A stretch of DNA of 64,000 nt from an uncultured Dehalococcoidia bacterium (GCA_964475375.1 CAYYWI010000003.1:1719-65718); one strand, 5' to 3'. Positions 29,347-38,641 are shown, numbered from the stretch's first letter. The notes: generated by a model from the letters alone, not told the origin. Program-made: numbers and translations.

Positions 29347-29709
29347 ATGGCTAGAGACTGGCAAGAACTGACAAAGATGACTCAAGGCAAGCCGGTAACA
29401 GTGGAACGCGTGCGTGTGGCGGATACAGATATTACTATCGAGGGGAGTTTTTCGCTCCCGCCGCTGGCTAGTTTATCCGCCGAGGACCAGGTCTTCGTCA
29501 TGGCCTTCGTCCGCTGTCATGGCACCATCAAGGAGATGGAAGAGATGTTTGGCATAAGCTACCCCACAGTGAAGAATCGGCTTAACCGGATCGCCCGGCA
29601 GCTTGAGTTTGTTGAGACCGTGAAGGTCTCACCAGCGGAAGAAGCGATCGGCGGCCTTGAACGCGGTGAAATCTCTGTCGACGAGGCGATGAGGAGGCTA
29701 TCGGAATGA
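29347..29709 (+). CDS. DUF2089-family protein (zinc-ribbon + HTH-like)
   Basis: Size and architecture typical of DUF2089 (MAFVRCHGTIKEMEEMFGISYPTVKNRLNRI helix-turn-helix segment). Confidence 0.6.
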   Translation: MARDWQELTKMTQGKPVTVERVRVADTDITIEGSFSLPPLASLSAEDQVFVMAFVRCHGTIKEMEEMFGISYPTVKNRLNRIARQLEFVETVKVSPAEEAIGGLERGEISVDEAMRRLSE

Positions 29710-29984
29710 AGCGGCCACCCACGTTGATGCACATGAGAATCGAGGGGGAGAGAGGTGGATTCGGCTTATGGCTGCCGCTTTTCCTGATGCTGCCGCTGGC
29801 ACTGGTGGTGTTCACCATCCTGTCCCCGCTGATATTGGTGGCAACCATCGTTCTGTGGCCGACTGGCTGGGGGAAGAGAGCATTACTCACTCTGAGAGCC
29901 GCAATCGAGGTTTTCTGGTCGATACGTGGTCTCAGCGTCGATGTTCACAGTAGTCGTCAAAGCGTGTCGATTTCAGTCGTGTAG
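29706..29984 (+). CDS. small membrane protein (DUF2089 operon member)
   Basis: 4-nt overlap with the upstream gene; two TM helices. Confidence 0.5.
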   Translation: MKRPPTLMHMRIEGERGGFGLWLPLFLMLPLALVVFTILSPLILVATIVLWPTGWGKRALLTLRAAIEVFWSIRGLSVDVHSSRQSVSISVV

Positions 29985-30006
29985 CCGAGTGAAGGAGGAC
30001 AAAGTC

Positions 30007-30450
30007 ATGTCAGACAACAAGAGGAAAATCCTGGAGATGCTGGCTCAGAATAAGATCAGTGCCGACGATGCCTATCGCCTGCTCGGTGCGATAGAGGGGG
30101 GGGAGAGCAGAAGCGACAGCACTGGTAGGGCCGAGACTGCCGTCAAAGCCAAGCCGAAATACTTTCGCGTTACGGTAGTGCCGAACCCCGAAGAGGAGCG
30201 GTCCGGCAATTACGACCGGGTGAACATACGCGTGCCCATGTCGCTGATACGGGCCGGCATTAAGCTGACCTCTCTGATACCGTCCGAAGCCCGGGACAAG
30301 GTAGATTCGGCACTGCATGAAAAAGGCATTGACTTCGATATACGCCACATGAAACCCGAAGAAATCGAGGATCTCATCGGGGCCCTGAGCGATCTTGAAG
30401 TGGATGTCACAAGCAAGACAGGAGAGAAGGTTAGGGTGTTCGTTGAATGA
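30007..30450 (+). CDS. hypothetical protein with SHOCT-like N-terminal motif
   Basis: Perfect SD GAAGGAGGA before ATG 30007. ILEMLAQNKISADDAYRLLGAIE resembles the SHOCT motif. Confidence 0.55.
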   Translation: MSDNKRKILEMLAQNKISADDAYRLLGAIEGGESRSDSTGRAETAVKAKPKYFRVTVVPNPEEERSGNYDRVNIRVPMSLIRAGIKLTSLIPSEARDKVDSALHEKGIDFDIRHMKPEEIEDLIGALSDLEVDVTSKTGEKVRVFVE

Positions 30451-30618
30451 AAGCGCTTTCGATGGCGAAAACTGGCATGCGCCCGAGTGCGTGATTCGCA
30501 GTAATGAGGAGGTGCTTTGATATCTGAGATCAAGAAACCGTACCCGGCGAGCTGTTGGTGGACTATCCCGACCGCGAGCTGAACCGGCTGACTAAAAAAG
30601 GCTGAGTAGGAGGAGAAC

Positions 30619-30756
30619 GTGAAGGAAGCATCTATAGGAGGGACTCTCTGGTTTGCCGGGTGGCTGTTCACTATAGGCTTTGCCCATATGGTGTGGTGGA
30701 AGATCATTCTGGGAATAGTAGTTTGGCCGTTCTTCCTGGGTAATCATCTCGCCTAA
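30619..30756 (+). CDS. candidate 45-aa small membrane protein
   Basis: GTG start 8 nt after TAGGAGGAGAAC. Encodes VKEASIGGTLWFAGWLFTIGFAHMVWWKIILGIVVWPFFLGNHLA; found by hand-reading the + strand, too short for the ORF track. Confidence 0.25.
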   Translation: MKEASIGGTLWFAGWLFTIGFAHMVWWKIILGIVVWPFFLGNHLA

Positions 30757-31004
30757 GCCAAACCAGGACTTCTACTAAGATCGCTTCTCCACGGGGTCCG
30801 GGACAAGCGCCGAAATCCTGGTTTCCAGAGGCATTGATGGATCTTCAACTGGCGGAATAGCCAAACTAAGCCGAATGGACCATCTTCCAGACCAAATGCC
30901 GCAAAGCCTGGCGCGATGGCTCCGAGCGGACAGGCCTCCAGACACCACCCGCAGCCGGCACAACGGGCCTTGTCCAGCCTGATCGGCTTCATCACCGAGA
31001 CCAC
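30753..31004 (-). pseudogene. remnant / duplicated 3' fragment of the 4Fe-4S ferredoxin gene (32131..32556)
   Basis: About 70 nt near-identical to 32255..32330. Encodes IRLDKARCAGCGWCLEACP(L/F)GAIA and then diverges; no N-terminal part is present. Confidence 0.6.
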
Positions 31005-31167
31005 GGGCCCGCAGCAAGACGATCTGCGACGTAGTGGAGTTGCCTGCCGGCCACTGCACCCTCGCCGTCGGCTATCCGGCCGAGCAGTTCTTCCGGCTGG
31101 TGCCGTGAAATCCGCCGAATGTCCAGTCTGCCGAACGTGAGAGGACTGTGCGAGATACTCTATGAGT

Positions 31168-31572
31168 CTAATCCAGTTGCGGCCAGCCTTTGTTGTCGTT
31201 ACCGATGTGCAGTACCCCGTACAAACTGGCGATGCTAACCAGCACGGTTATAGTTGGCCATACCATGTTCAAGTCGAGCAGGATATCAACAATGAGCCCA
31301 GTCGCGTTTACCGCACAATATCCCCAGAACCCCCATTTCTTCCACTTGAACAGAGCAATGACGCAAATAATCTGCAGAATCAGCAATGCTATCAGAACCG
31401 GGGCTGTCCACTGCGGCGCATCCCTGGGCGTCAAAGATACAGCATCCCCGGCCAGATAGAGCGTTATGGCCACCATGCTGCTTGCGATGATTAGAACCAG
31501 CCATCCCGTGAGGCATCCGTGCCTTTTCTTTCTCCTGTCAGTCGCGGGAATTTCCGTAGAGCGTTGCATCAC
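31168..31572 (-). CDS. hypothetical membrane protein
   Basis: Four predicted TM helices; no domain recognised. Confidence 0.5.
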   Translation of the reverse strand: MMQRSTEIPATDRRKKRHGCLTGWLVLIIASSMVAITLYLAGDAVSLTPRDAPQWTAPVLIALLILQIICVIALFKWKKWGFWGYCAVNATGLIVDILLDLNMVWPTITVLVSIASLYGVLHIGNDNKGWPQLD

Positions 31573-31839
31573 ACAACTCCTTAGCAGATTGTCTCAGAGT
31601 CCCGCAGGGCTGTGCCCACCAATGCGCATCCTCATTCTCCGACGAAACCTTCAGGAAATGCAACCGCATCTCCTTCTTGAACATGGACCATCTCACGGAG
31701 TAGGAGCGAAACATGTTTCTTCCCTACGCGGGGCGTGGCCTATACGCAATGCAGGCGCTCCGGCAACACAACCCCGGCATCAACCCGGAAAGGACGGCTC
31801 TGCGCCGGGCGATTGCCCCAAGACGCGTAGCGTGGTATG

Positions 31840-31867
31840 TAGGCGCAACGCATGCGTTGCGCCTACG
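31840..31867. repeat. Perfect 28-bp palindrome GTAGGCGCAACGCATGCGTTGCGCCTAC
   Basis: Seen in sequence: the reverse complement equals the forward sequence, centred on GCATGC. Confidence 0.9.
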
Positions 31868-31871
31868 TCAT

Positions 31872-31897
31872 AGAGGCATGGCATGCCATGCCTCTAC
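31872..31897. repeat. Perfect 26-bp palindrome TAGAGGCATGGCATGCCATGCCTCTA
   Basis: Seen in sequence: lies 4 nt after the 28-bp palindrome and is also centred on GCATGC. Confidence 0.9.
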
Positions 31898-32032
31898 ACA
31901 AGGCGTATCGACCGGCGGTGGTGTTTGTCAGGGTCGTAGCCCATGTATGTTCAAGCAATCCATGTTCGCTGTGGGATCACCTGTGGTGGGCACAGCCCAC
32001 CCTGCGGGACTTGGCCTTCCTCTCATCAGAGT

Positions 32033-32063
32033 CTTTTCAACCCCCTGGCCCCCATTCTTGGGG
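32033..32063 (-). repeat. Family A motif, extended copy (rc: CCCCAAGAATGGGGGCCAGGGGGTTGAAAAG)
   Basis: 30-nt near-identity with the copy at 34337..34366. Confidence 0.6.
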
Positions 32064-32081
32064 AATAGGGAGAAGAGAACT

Positions 32082-32126
32082 GGGGGACACCCCCAGACCC
32101 CCGGCGGGACAAGTCCCTGCACCCTC
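32082..32126. repeat. Family B intergenic element, copy 4
   Basis: GGGGGACACCCCCAGACCCCCGGC followed by an imperfect hairpin GCGGGAC-AA-GTCCCTGC then ACCCTC. Lies 5 nt after the ferredoxin stop. Confidence 0.55.
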
Positions 32127-32130
32127 TTTT

Positions 32131-32556
32131 TTATCCCCTGGCTGAGACATGAAGGCTGAGCGCCTTCTGAGGGCAGAACGCAATGCAGGCAGGTTGAGTC
32201 TTGTTAGAGCACAGGTCACACATGATCACCGTTTTGGTGCTCTCGTCGATGGCGATGGCTCCGAACGGACAGGCCTCCAGACACCACCCGCAGCCAGCGC
32301 AGCGGGCCTTGTCCAGCCTGATCGTATTGGTGGAATCGTCCAGGCTCAAGGCGTTCCTGGGGCAGGCTTTGACGCAAGGTGTGTTACGGCAGACATGGCA
32401 GGAGACGACATCCAGCAGAGATGGTGCCGGCTGAAGCACCCTGATCCTGGACATCTCCAGGTCAAACCTGCCTCCTTTCGCTGCCGAGCAGACGAACTCG
32501 CAGATCATGCAGCCGGTGCACTTATCTCTGTCGCACTGTATGTGGCGGCGCTCCAT
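32131..32556 (-). CDS. 4Fe-4S dicluster ferredoxin-like protein (aldehyde oxidoreductase partner)
   Basis: Multiple CxxCxxCxxxCP motifs (CTGCMICEFVC, CAGCGWCLEACP, CDLCSNKTQPACIAFCP). Confidence 0.85.
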   Translation of the reverse strand: MERRHIQCDRDKCTGCMICEFVCSAAKGGRFDLEMSRIRVLQPAPSLLDVVSCHVCRNTPCVKACPRNALSLDDSTNTIRLDKARCAGCGWCLEACPFGAIAIDESTKTVIMCDLCSNKTQPACIAFCPQKALSLHVSARG

Positions 32557-34336
32557 GCCAGTTTCCTTTCAGCATCTCCATGATGTCGCTCATCCCCAAG
32601 GCTTCGAGCTTCTCTTTTGAGATGATACCTTCGGGGGTCCAGCCGCGAGCAGAGTAGTAGACGTCTATCGCGGCTCTCAGTTCTTCCTCGGAAAGAACAA
32701 CTCCATCGGCTTTGCCGGATGTTATCGGGTCTTTGAACAAGCGCGGCGGCAACCGGTCGTCGGCGCGCTTCCATCCCTCCCGGATGTTGTAGGCCTTCTT
32801 CAGGTTGTTGATCCTCTCGCCTGCCTGCCGGAGTTCGGCAGCGCTCATGGGCATCCCGGTAGCCAGGGCGTAGAGTCGGGCTGCCTCCTGCGGGAAGTCC
32901 TGGAAATGGTCCAGCACTCGCGGGCAGACGGCTATCGACTCACCAGCGGCAGCCAGGTCCTCTCGGTCCCTGAAGCTCATCGTGGGGTCTTGGTGCCCAT
33001 CCAGCATCGCCGTGCTGAGCCCGACCGCCAGATCCAGTGCCAGACCATCAGTGTTTCTTGGATCGCAGCCAGACATTTCCAGGCCTTTGACGTGCATTGC
33101 CCAGTGGTCGGCACCGTGGTCAACCCTGGCGGCTGCCCGACTGACACCCTCTGCCAGAAGATTGCCGATGCCACTTCGCTGTCCGATCCGGTGGATCGTC
33201 TCCAGGATGGCATCGGGGTTACCGAATGTGAGGTCCAGACCATCAGTATCCTTCCGAGACAAGAGTTCCTGCTCGAAGCTTTCCATGCCCCAGGCCAGGG
33301 ACGCGCCGGTGCTCACGGGATCGAGACCATAGGCCTGACACAGCCCCAAGGCTCGCAATATGACCGGCAGCGAGTACATCCCGCACAGCGGTCCCAGGGC
33401 TGCCAGTGCTTCCTGTTCCAGCACAGCTTCCTCGTCTGAATGCGGATCATCCGTTGTTCTGTACACATGTTGACACGCAACAGGACAGGCGGGACAGGCA
33501 ATCGTCTTGACCAGATGTTGTTTGTCAGCGCAGTCCGCAGCCAGGCTCCCGGCACCATCAACAATGGACTGCTGGTAGTTGCGGGCAGGCAGGGAACACC
33601 GCCGGCTGGTGGTGTTCAGACAAGACGCCGGCGTGAGATCATTGGCGCGTCTCTTCAGATCGGTGTTGAGTGCCGCGCACAGGTCCTGCATTGCGCCGAG
33701 ATCATGAACGCTGACAGGGCCGGTGCCTCTGACAGCCATGGCCTTCAGCTTCTTCGATCCCATAACCGCGCCCGGACCACCTCTATGCGAGAGGCGGAAG
33801 CTGTCTTTGATGGCGGCGAAACGTACCAGCTTCTCTCCGGCGGAGCCGATTGATGCCACCTGCACCCGGCTGTCGCCGGTCTCGTGCCTGATTGCGGCTT
33901 CCGTCTCCAAACAGCCTTTTCCTGCCAGACGGTCCGCTTTGCGGAAATGAACTATGTTGTCGTCCACGAACAGGTAGACGGGAGATTGAGCTGCCCCGGT
34001 GACAACTACCGCATCGTAGCCCGCTCTCTTCAGAGCTAAAGACCAGCGGCCTGAGGATATGGAGCAGTTCACCAGGCCGGTCAGCGGAGACTTGGTAACC
34101 ACGGCATGTACAGCAGAAGCCGGAGCCATGGTTCCAGAGAGCCCTCCGCAGGCAAAAACGATTGGATTGTCCGGGCTCAGCGCATCAGCGCCCGGCTTTG
34201 ACCATTCCACCACAAGCCGGATGCCCAGACCCGTACCGCCCAGGTAGTCCCTGAGCAGTCGCTCGGGGAGCTCCCTCACTTCTGTCTTCTGATTGGTTAG
34301 ATCGACAACAAGGTACTTTCCGCTATATGAATTCAT
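32522..34336 (-). CDS. aldehyde:ferredoxin oxidoreductase (tungsten-containing AOR family)
   Basis: MNSYSGKYLVVDLTNQKTEV...YLGGTGLG is an AOR N-terminal domain. About 600 aa with AOR-family C-terminal domains. Confidence 0.88.
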   Translation of the reverse strand: MNSYSGKYLVVDLTNQKTEVRELPERLLRDYLGGTGLGIRLVVEWSKPGADALSPDNPIVFACGGLSGTMAPASAVHAVVTKSPLTGLVNCSISSGRWSLALKRAGYDAVVVTGAAQSPVYLFVDDNIVHFRKADRLAGKGCLETEAAIRHETGDSRVQVASIGSAGEKLVRFAAIKDSFRLSHRGGPGAVMGSKKLKAMAVRGTGPVSVHDLGAMQDLCAALNTDLKRRANDLTPASCLNTTSRRCSLPARNYQQSIVDGAGSLAADCADKQHLVKTIACPACPVACQHVYRTTDDPHSDEEAVLEQEALAALGPLCGMYSLPVILRALGLCQAYGLDPVSTGASLAWGMESFEQELLSRKDTDGLDLTFGNPDAILETIHRIGQRSGIGNLLAEGVSRAAARVDHGADHWAMHVKGLEMSGCDPRNTDGLALDLAVGLSTAMLDGHQDPTMSFRDREDLAAAGESIAVCPRVLDHFQDFPQEAARLYALATGMPMSAAELRQAGERINNLKKAYNIREGWKRADDRLPPRLFKDPITSGKADGVVLSEEELRAAIDVYYSARGWTPEGIISKEKLEALGMSDIMEMLKGNWHGAPPHTVRQR

Positions 34337-34366
34337 TCAACCCCCTGGCCCCCAGTCTTGGGGGGA
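34337..34366 (-). repeat. Family A motif, extended copy abutting the AOR start codon (rc: CCCCAAGACTGGGGGCCAGGGGGTTGA-ATG)
   Basis: Seen in sequence; the GGGGG run lies 4 nt before the AOR ATG. Confidence 0.6.
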
Positions 34367-34476
34367 GGTTAAGGAATCGGGGTACATCAACCCCACGGCA
34401 GCATCCTGCTGCGCCGGTTCTGTCGGCACCATATCCACGCTTGCTTTCAACACGTCTCCCGCAGGGTGAATATCCA

Positions 34477-34869
34477 CTACTGGTTGATAGTCTTCTCTGC
34501 CTTGTCCGGATCGCTCACCTTCAGCACGATGCTGGCCTTGCCCGGAGCAGGATCAACAAAGGCATAGAAGTACTCCAGGTTAATCCCAGCCTTTGCCAGC
34601 GGCCTGGCCACGGTATCCAGAAGGCCACCAGGCTGATCCGATATCTCCTTCTGCAGCACCACTGTCTCTCTGACAGTGAAGCCGGCCTTTCTCAAGGCAT
34701 CAGCACCCTTTGCACTGTCTGACAGGACCATGCGCATGATGCCGAATTCGGATCCCTCCGCAACGCAAAGGGCCCGTATGTTGATGTTCTCGGCCTTGAG
34801 CGCTTCAAGCATAGCCTCAAGCCTCCCCGGCTGGTTCTCCACGAAGCAAGATACCTGTTTGATTTTCAT
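34477..34869 (-). CDS. ACT-domain protein
   Basis: Two tandem ACT-like beta-alpha-beta-beta-alpha-beta units. Sits directly after paaK. Confidence 0.7.
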   Translation of the reverse strand: MKIKQVSCFVENQPGRLEAMLEALKAENINIRALCVAEGSEFGIMRMVLSDSAKGADALRKAGFTVRETVVLQKEISDQPGGLLDTVARPLAKAGINLEYFYAFVDPAPGKASIVLKVSDPDKAEKTINQ

Positions 34870-34883
34870 CTCCGGCCTCCTCC

Positions 34884-36191
34884 CTACTTAAGTCCCATCT
34901 CGCGCTTGTCTACAACCCTCTTGGCTTTGCCTTCTGTCCGGGCTATGGACTTCGGCTCCACCAATTTCACCTTGACTCCAATGCCCAGCGTGCTTTCCAG
35001 CTCGTCGGTCACCTTCTTCTTCAGGGATTCCATCTTCTTCATCTCGTCAGAGAAGACTTCTTCCGAGACCTCGACCCACACTTCAAGGTCGTCGAGGTTA
35101 CGCGCCCGGTCGACGATGATAAGATACTGTGGTTCCACCCCTTCAACCTGCAGCAGGACGCTCTCGATCTGTGACGGGAAGACGTTGACGCCACGGATCT
35201 TGAGCATGTCGTCGGTCCTGCCGGTCACCTTGTCCATGCGCACCAGAGTACGACCGCACTTGCAGGGTTCGGCATGGAGCGTGGTGATATCTTTGGTGCG
35301 GAAGCGGATAACCGGCTGGGCCTCCTTGGTCAGTGTGGTCAGCACCAGTTCTCCTCTCTCGCCATAAGGCAGACTTTCGCCCGTCTGTGGGTTTATTATT
35401 TCAGGCAGGAAGTTGTCTTCAAATATGTGCAGGCCGCACCGGTGCTCGCACTCTACCGATACGCCCGGGCCCACCACCTCGGTGAGTCCATATATGTCTA
35501 CAGCCTTGATCGGTAACCTGGCCTCTATGTCCGCCCTCATCTGCTCTGACCAGGGCTCAGCGCCGCACACGGCCAGTCTGAGCTTGGTGGTCTTGAGGTC
35601 CAGTCCTATCTCCTTAGCGCCTTCTGCCAGGATGAGAGTGTAGGAAGGTGTGCAGGTGAGCACTGTGGTGCCGATATCCTGTATGAGCATGAGCTGTCTT
35701 TTGGTGTTGCCGGTGGAGGTCGGGATCACAGTGGCTCCGACCCTCTCGCCGCCGTAGTGGAAGCCCATGCCGCCGGTGAACAGGCCGTAGCCGTAGGAGT
35801 TCTGCATCACATCATCCTTGGTGACACCGGCACAGCTGAGAGTTCGAGCCATTACCTCGGTCCACATACGCAGGTCATTGGCAGTGTAAGGAGCCACCAC
35901 TGGTTTCCCCGTGGTGCCGCTTGAGGCGTGTACACGGCACACCTGATCCATGGGGACCGCCAGCAATCCCAACGGGTAGTTGTCCCTGAAGTCCTGTTTG
36001 CTGGTGAAAGGCAACCTGCGCAGATCGGTCAGAGACTTGATGCTGTCGGGCGTTATGCCTTTTTGCTGAAGGGTCTGCCTGTAAAACGGCACTTTCTCAT
36101 AGACCCGTGCTATGAGGGCCTTCAAGCGCTCCAACTGGAGCTTCTCCAGCTCTGCCCTGGGCATGGTCTCAAACTTGGGACTCCAAATCAT
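34884..36191 (-). CDS. paaK: phenylacetate--CoA ligase
   Basis: AMP-binding motif SSGTTGKP and the PaaK-specific N-terminus ([15 protein letters not shown]...YEKVPFY). Confidence 0.9.
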   Translation of the reverse strand: MIWSPKFETMPRAELEKLQLERLKALIARVYEKVPFYRQTLQQKGITPDSIKSLTDLRRLPFTSKQDFRDNYPLGLLAVPMDQVCRVHASSGTTGKPVVAPYTANDLRMWTEVMARTLSCAGVTKDDVMQNSYGYGLFTGGMGFHYGGERVGATVIPTSTGNTKRQLMLIQDIGTTVLTCTPSYTLILAEGAKEIGLDLKTTKLRLAVCGAEPWSEQMRADIEARLPIKAVDIYGLTEVVGPGVSVECEHRCGLHIFEDNFLPEIINPQTGESLPYGERGELVLTTLTKEAQPVIRFRTKDITTLHAEPCKCGRTLVRMDKVTGRTDDMLKIRGVNVFPSQIESVLLQVEGVEPQYLIIVDRARNLDDLEVWVEVSEEVFSDEMKKMESLKKKVTDELESTLGIGVKVKLVEPKSIARTEGKAKRVVDKREMGLK

Positions 36192-36214
36192 TCGGATCGC
36201 CTCCTAGATCAAAG

Positions 36215-36817
36215 TTATCCGGCTTGCTTCCTCGCCAAGGCTTCTTCTCTGCCTCTGGCGAAAGCCTTCAGATTCAATTGCAGCACCTTCTGCGGTACCC
36301 GGTGAGACAGGTCATCCAGGTAGTTCTTTTCTTCGATATCGAGGAACACGGACAGAAAACCCACCAGCAGCACGTTCAGAACCTGTGGGTTGCCCATCTC
36401 CTGGGCGATCTGTGTGCCGGGGATGACGTAGAGCCGGTCTGTGTATTCACGGATGATTTGCTCCACCTCTCCGGTGCTCGGGTATTTCGATGCTCCGCCC
36501 ACCGTTGAAAGCGGCGGGATAGCCAGGTCGTTGATAATGGCGATGCTATCTCTGTTCAGATACTCCGCCCAGCGAGCGCCCTCCAGCCTCTCGAAGGCCA
36601 GCAGGAAGTCTACCTCACCTTTCCTTATCATGGGAGAGAAGACCCGCTCACCCATCCTGAGGTGGCTGATGACACTGCCGCCTCTCTGGGACATGCCCAG
36701 CGAATCGGACTTCTTTACATCGTAGCCGGCTTTCATGGCGATCTCCGCCAAGGCATCGCTGGCCAGGATCACGCCCTGCCCCCCTACTCCGGTCATGAGA
36801 ATATCGTTCTTCTTCAT
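36215..36817 (-). CDS. iorB: indolepyruvate:ferredoxin oxidoreductase subunit beta
   Basis: ILMTGVGGQGVILAS is the pyruvate/ketoisovalerate oxidoreductase gamma-like fold typical of IorB. Start moved to the internal Met. Confidence 0.85.
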   Translation of the reverse strand: MKKNDILMTGVGGQGVILASDALAEIAMKAGYDVKKSDSLGMSQRGGSVISHLRMGERVFSPMIRKGEVDFLLAFERLEGARWAEYLNRDSIAIINDLAIPPLSTVGGASKYPSTGEVEQIIREYTDRLYVIPGTQIAQEMGNPQVLNVLLVGFLSVFLDIEEKNYLDDLSHRVPQKVLQLNLKAFARGREEALARKQAG

Positions 36818-38634
36818 TTCACTCGGATAGCCTTCTGGTGGCAGACTTGTGAGCAAACCGAGCACCTGTCACCTATGCAGAGGCCGGTGTCAATTATGAT
36901 TTCATCGCCGTCTCTGGTTACAGCCTGGCACCCCACTCTCAGGCAGTTGAAGCACTTGTCACACTTCGCCAGGTCAACCGTCATCGGCTTGCCCTTTTCT
37001 CTGACTCGAAGAGGACAGGCTCCCCGTATGATGATCACCGACGGCTCCTCAGTCTCCACGCATCGCCTGATGGTTTCTTCGATAAGCGGCAGATCAAAGG
37101 CACTTACGATATTCAAATCACGGATGCCGATACCCCGCACCAAGTCCTCTATTATCACTCTGGGAGCTTTCTCACCTCTGGCCGAGATGCCGGTGCCCGG
37201 ATGGCCCTGGTGGCCGGTCATAGCGGTAGTGCCATTGTCCAGAATTATCGTTGTGCCGCGTCCTCCGTTGTAAACAACATTGATCAGGTTGGTGATGCCT
37301 GAGTGGAGGAAGGTGGAATCGCCGATGACGCTGACGATCTTGTTTGTCACACCGGCCTTCTCCAGCCCGTGCGCTTGCCCGATGCTGGCACCCATGCAGG
37401 CGCACGTGTCCAGAGCCAGGAGCGGCGGATAGACCGCCAGCGTATAACAGCCGATGTCGCTGGCGGCGATGAGTCCCTGGCGCTTCCGGGCAACAACCTT
37501 TCTTCCTGAAACTGACGCATCCTCGGGCAGGGTGTGGTAGAAGCCCAGTCTCTTCAGGGCATAAGAGGTGGCTGCATGCGGACAGCCGGGGCAGAGGAGC
37601 GGGGGCCGCTGCGGCAATTCACGGGCAGATTTGTTTTCCACGACTGAACTGGTTGGTTTCGGCAGTATCCCCGCGGCGACGGCTCTCTCCTCCAGTATCT
37701 CAGGATTCAACTCGCCCATGATCGGCACAACCTCTTTGCCCATCACGATTATTCCCATGGCTCTCAGGATATCCTCAATGAAGGGGTCCAGCTCTTCTAC
37801 CACCAGAACCCTCTTCACTTCCGAGACAAACCTGCGAATGAGAGTCTGGGGAAGCGGATATGTGGTTACCAGCTTCAGGAAGCTGGCCTGTGGGAATACT
37901 TCACGGGCATGCTGATAGGCAGCGCCGCAGGAGATGATGCCCAGGCTGCGATCCTGGAGGATCACCTCGTTGAGCGGGAATGTCTCGACATATGAGGACA
38001 GCTTCCGGATGCGTTCCTCCATCAGAGGATGTCTGGGGCGGGCATTGGAAGGTACCATGACGAACTTGTATGGGTCCCTGGTGAAATGCGGCCGTTTTCT
38101 CTCAATCTCGGGCGCTTCCCCGAGCTCGACTACCGACTTGCAGTGGGAGATGCGCGTGGTACTGCGGAAAAGCAACGGCGTATCGAATTCCTCGCTGATT
38201 TTGAAAGCCCAGCCCATGAGATCATAAGCTTCCTGGCTGTCGGAGGGCTCCAGCACGGGGACTTTGGCGAACCGGGCGAAATGGCGATTGTCCTGCTCAT
38301 TCTGGGAGCTGTGCATGCCGGGGTCATCGCAGGATATGACTATCAAGCCGCCTCGCACCCCGGTCTGGGAAGCGGCGAAGAACGGATCGGCGGCCACGTT
38401 CAAGCCGACGTGCTTCATGGAGGCTATAGCCCGCACCCCGCCGTAGGAGGCTCCCATGGCTACCTCCATGGCCACCTTCTCATTGGTGGACCATTCGACG
38501 TAGATGCCGTCCATCTTGGCCAGGTTCTCCATAATCTCCGTACTGGGCGTTCCCGGATAGGCGGCAGCCACGCTCAAGCCGGCGTGGTACGCACCCAGCG
38601 CCATAGCTTCGTTGCCCGACAGCAGTTTCCTCAT
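36814..38634 (-). CDS. iorA: indolepyruvate:ferredoxin oxidoreductase subunit alpha
   Basis: N-terminal TPP-domain motifs (GNEAMALGAYHAGLSVAAAYPGTPSTEI) and two C-terminal CxxCxxCxxxC clusters. Confidence 0.9.
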   Translation of the reverse strand: MRKLLSGNEAMALGAYHAGLSVAAAYPGTPSTEIMENLAKMDGIYVEWSTNEKVAMEVAMGASYGGVRAIASMKHVGLNVAADPFFAASQTGVRGGLIVISCDDPGMHSSQNEQDNRHFARFAKVPVLEPSDSQEAYDLMGWAFKISEEFDTPLLFRSTTRISHCKSVVELGEAPEIERKRPHFTRDPYKFVMVPSNARPRHPLMEERIRKLSSYVETFPLNEVILQDRSLGIISCGAAYQHAREVFPQASFLKLVTTYPLPQTLIRRFVSEVKRVLVVEELDPFIEDILRAMGIIVMGKEVVPIMGELNPEILEERAVAAGILPKPTSSVVENKSARELPQRPPLLCPGCPHAATSYALKRLGFYHTLPEDASVSGRKVVARKRQGLIAASDIGCYTLAVYPPLLALDTCACMGASIGQAHGLEKAGVTNKIVSVIGDSTFLHSGITNLINVVYNGGRGTTIILDNGTTAMTGHQGHPGTGISARGEKAPRVIIEDLVRGIGIRDLNIVSAFDLPLIEETIRRCVETEEPSVIIIRGACPLRVREKGKPMTVDLAKCDKCFNCLRVGCQAVTRDGDEIIIDTGLCIGDRCSVCSQVCHQKAIRVK

Positions 38635-38641
38635 ATCCTTT

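Noticed and set aside
31466-32159. ORFs 31466..31873 (+) and 31713..32159 (+) across the palindrome-rich spacer
   Set aside because: The coding potential is driven by the long palindromes and GC-rich repeats. The translations are low-complexity and no SD is present, so the region is treated as non-coding.
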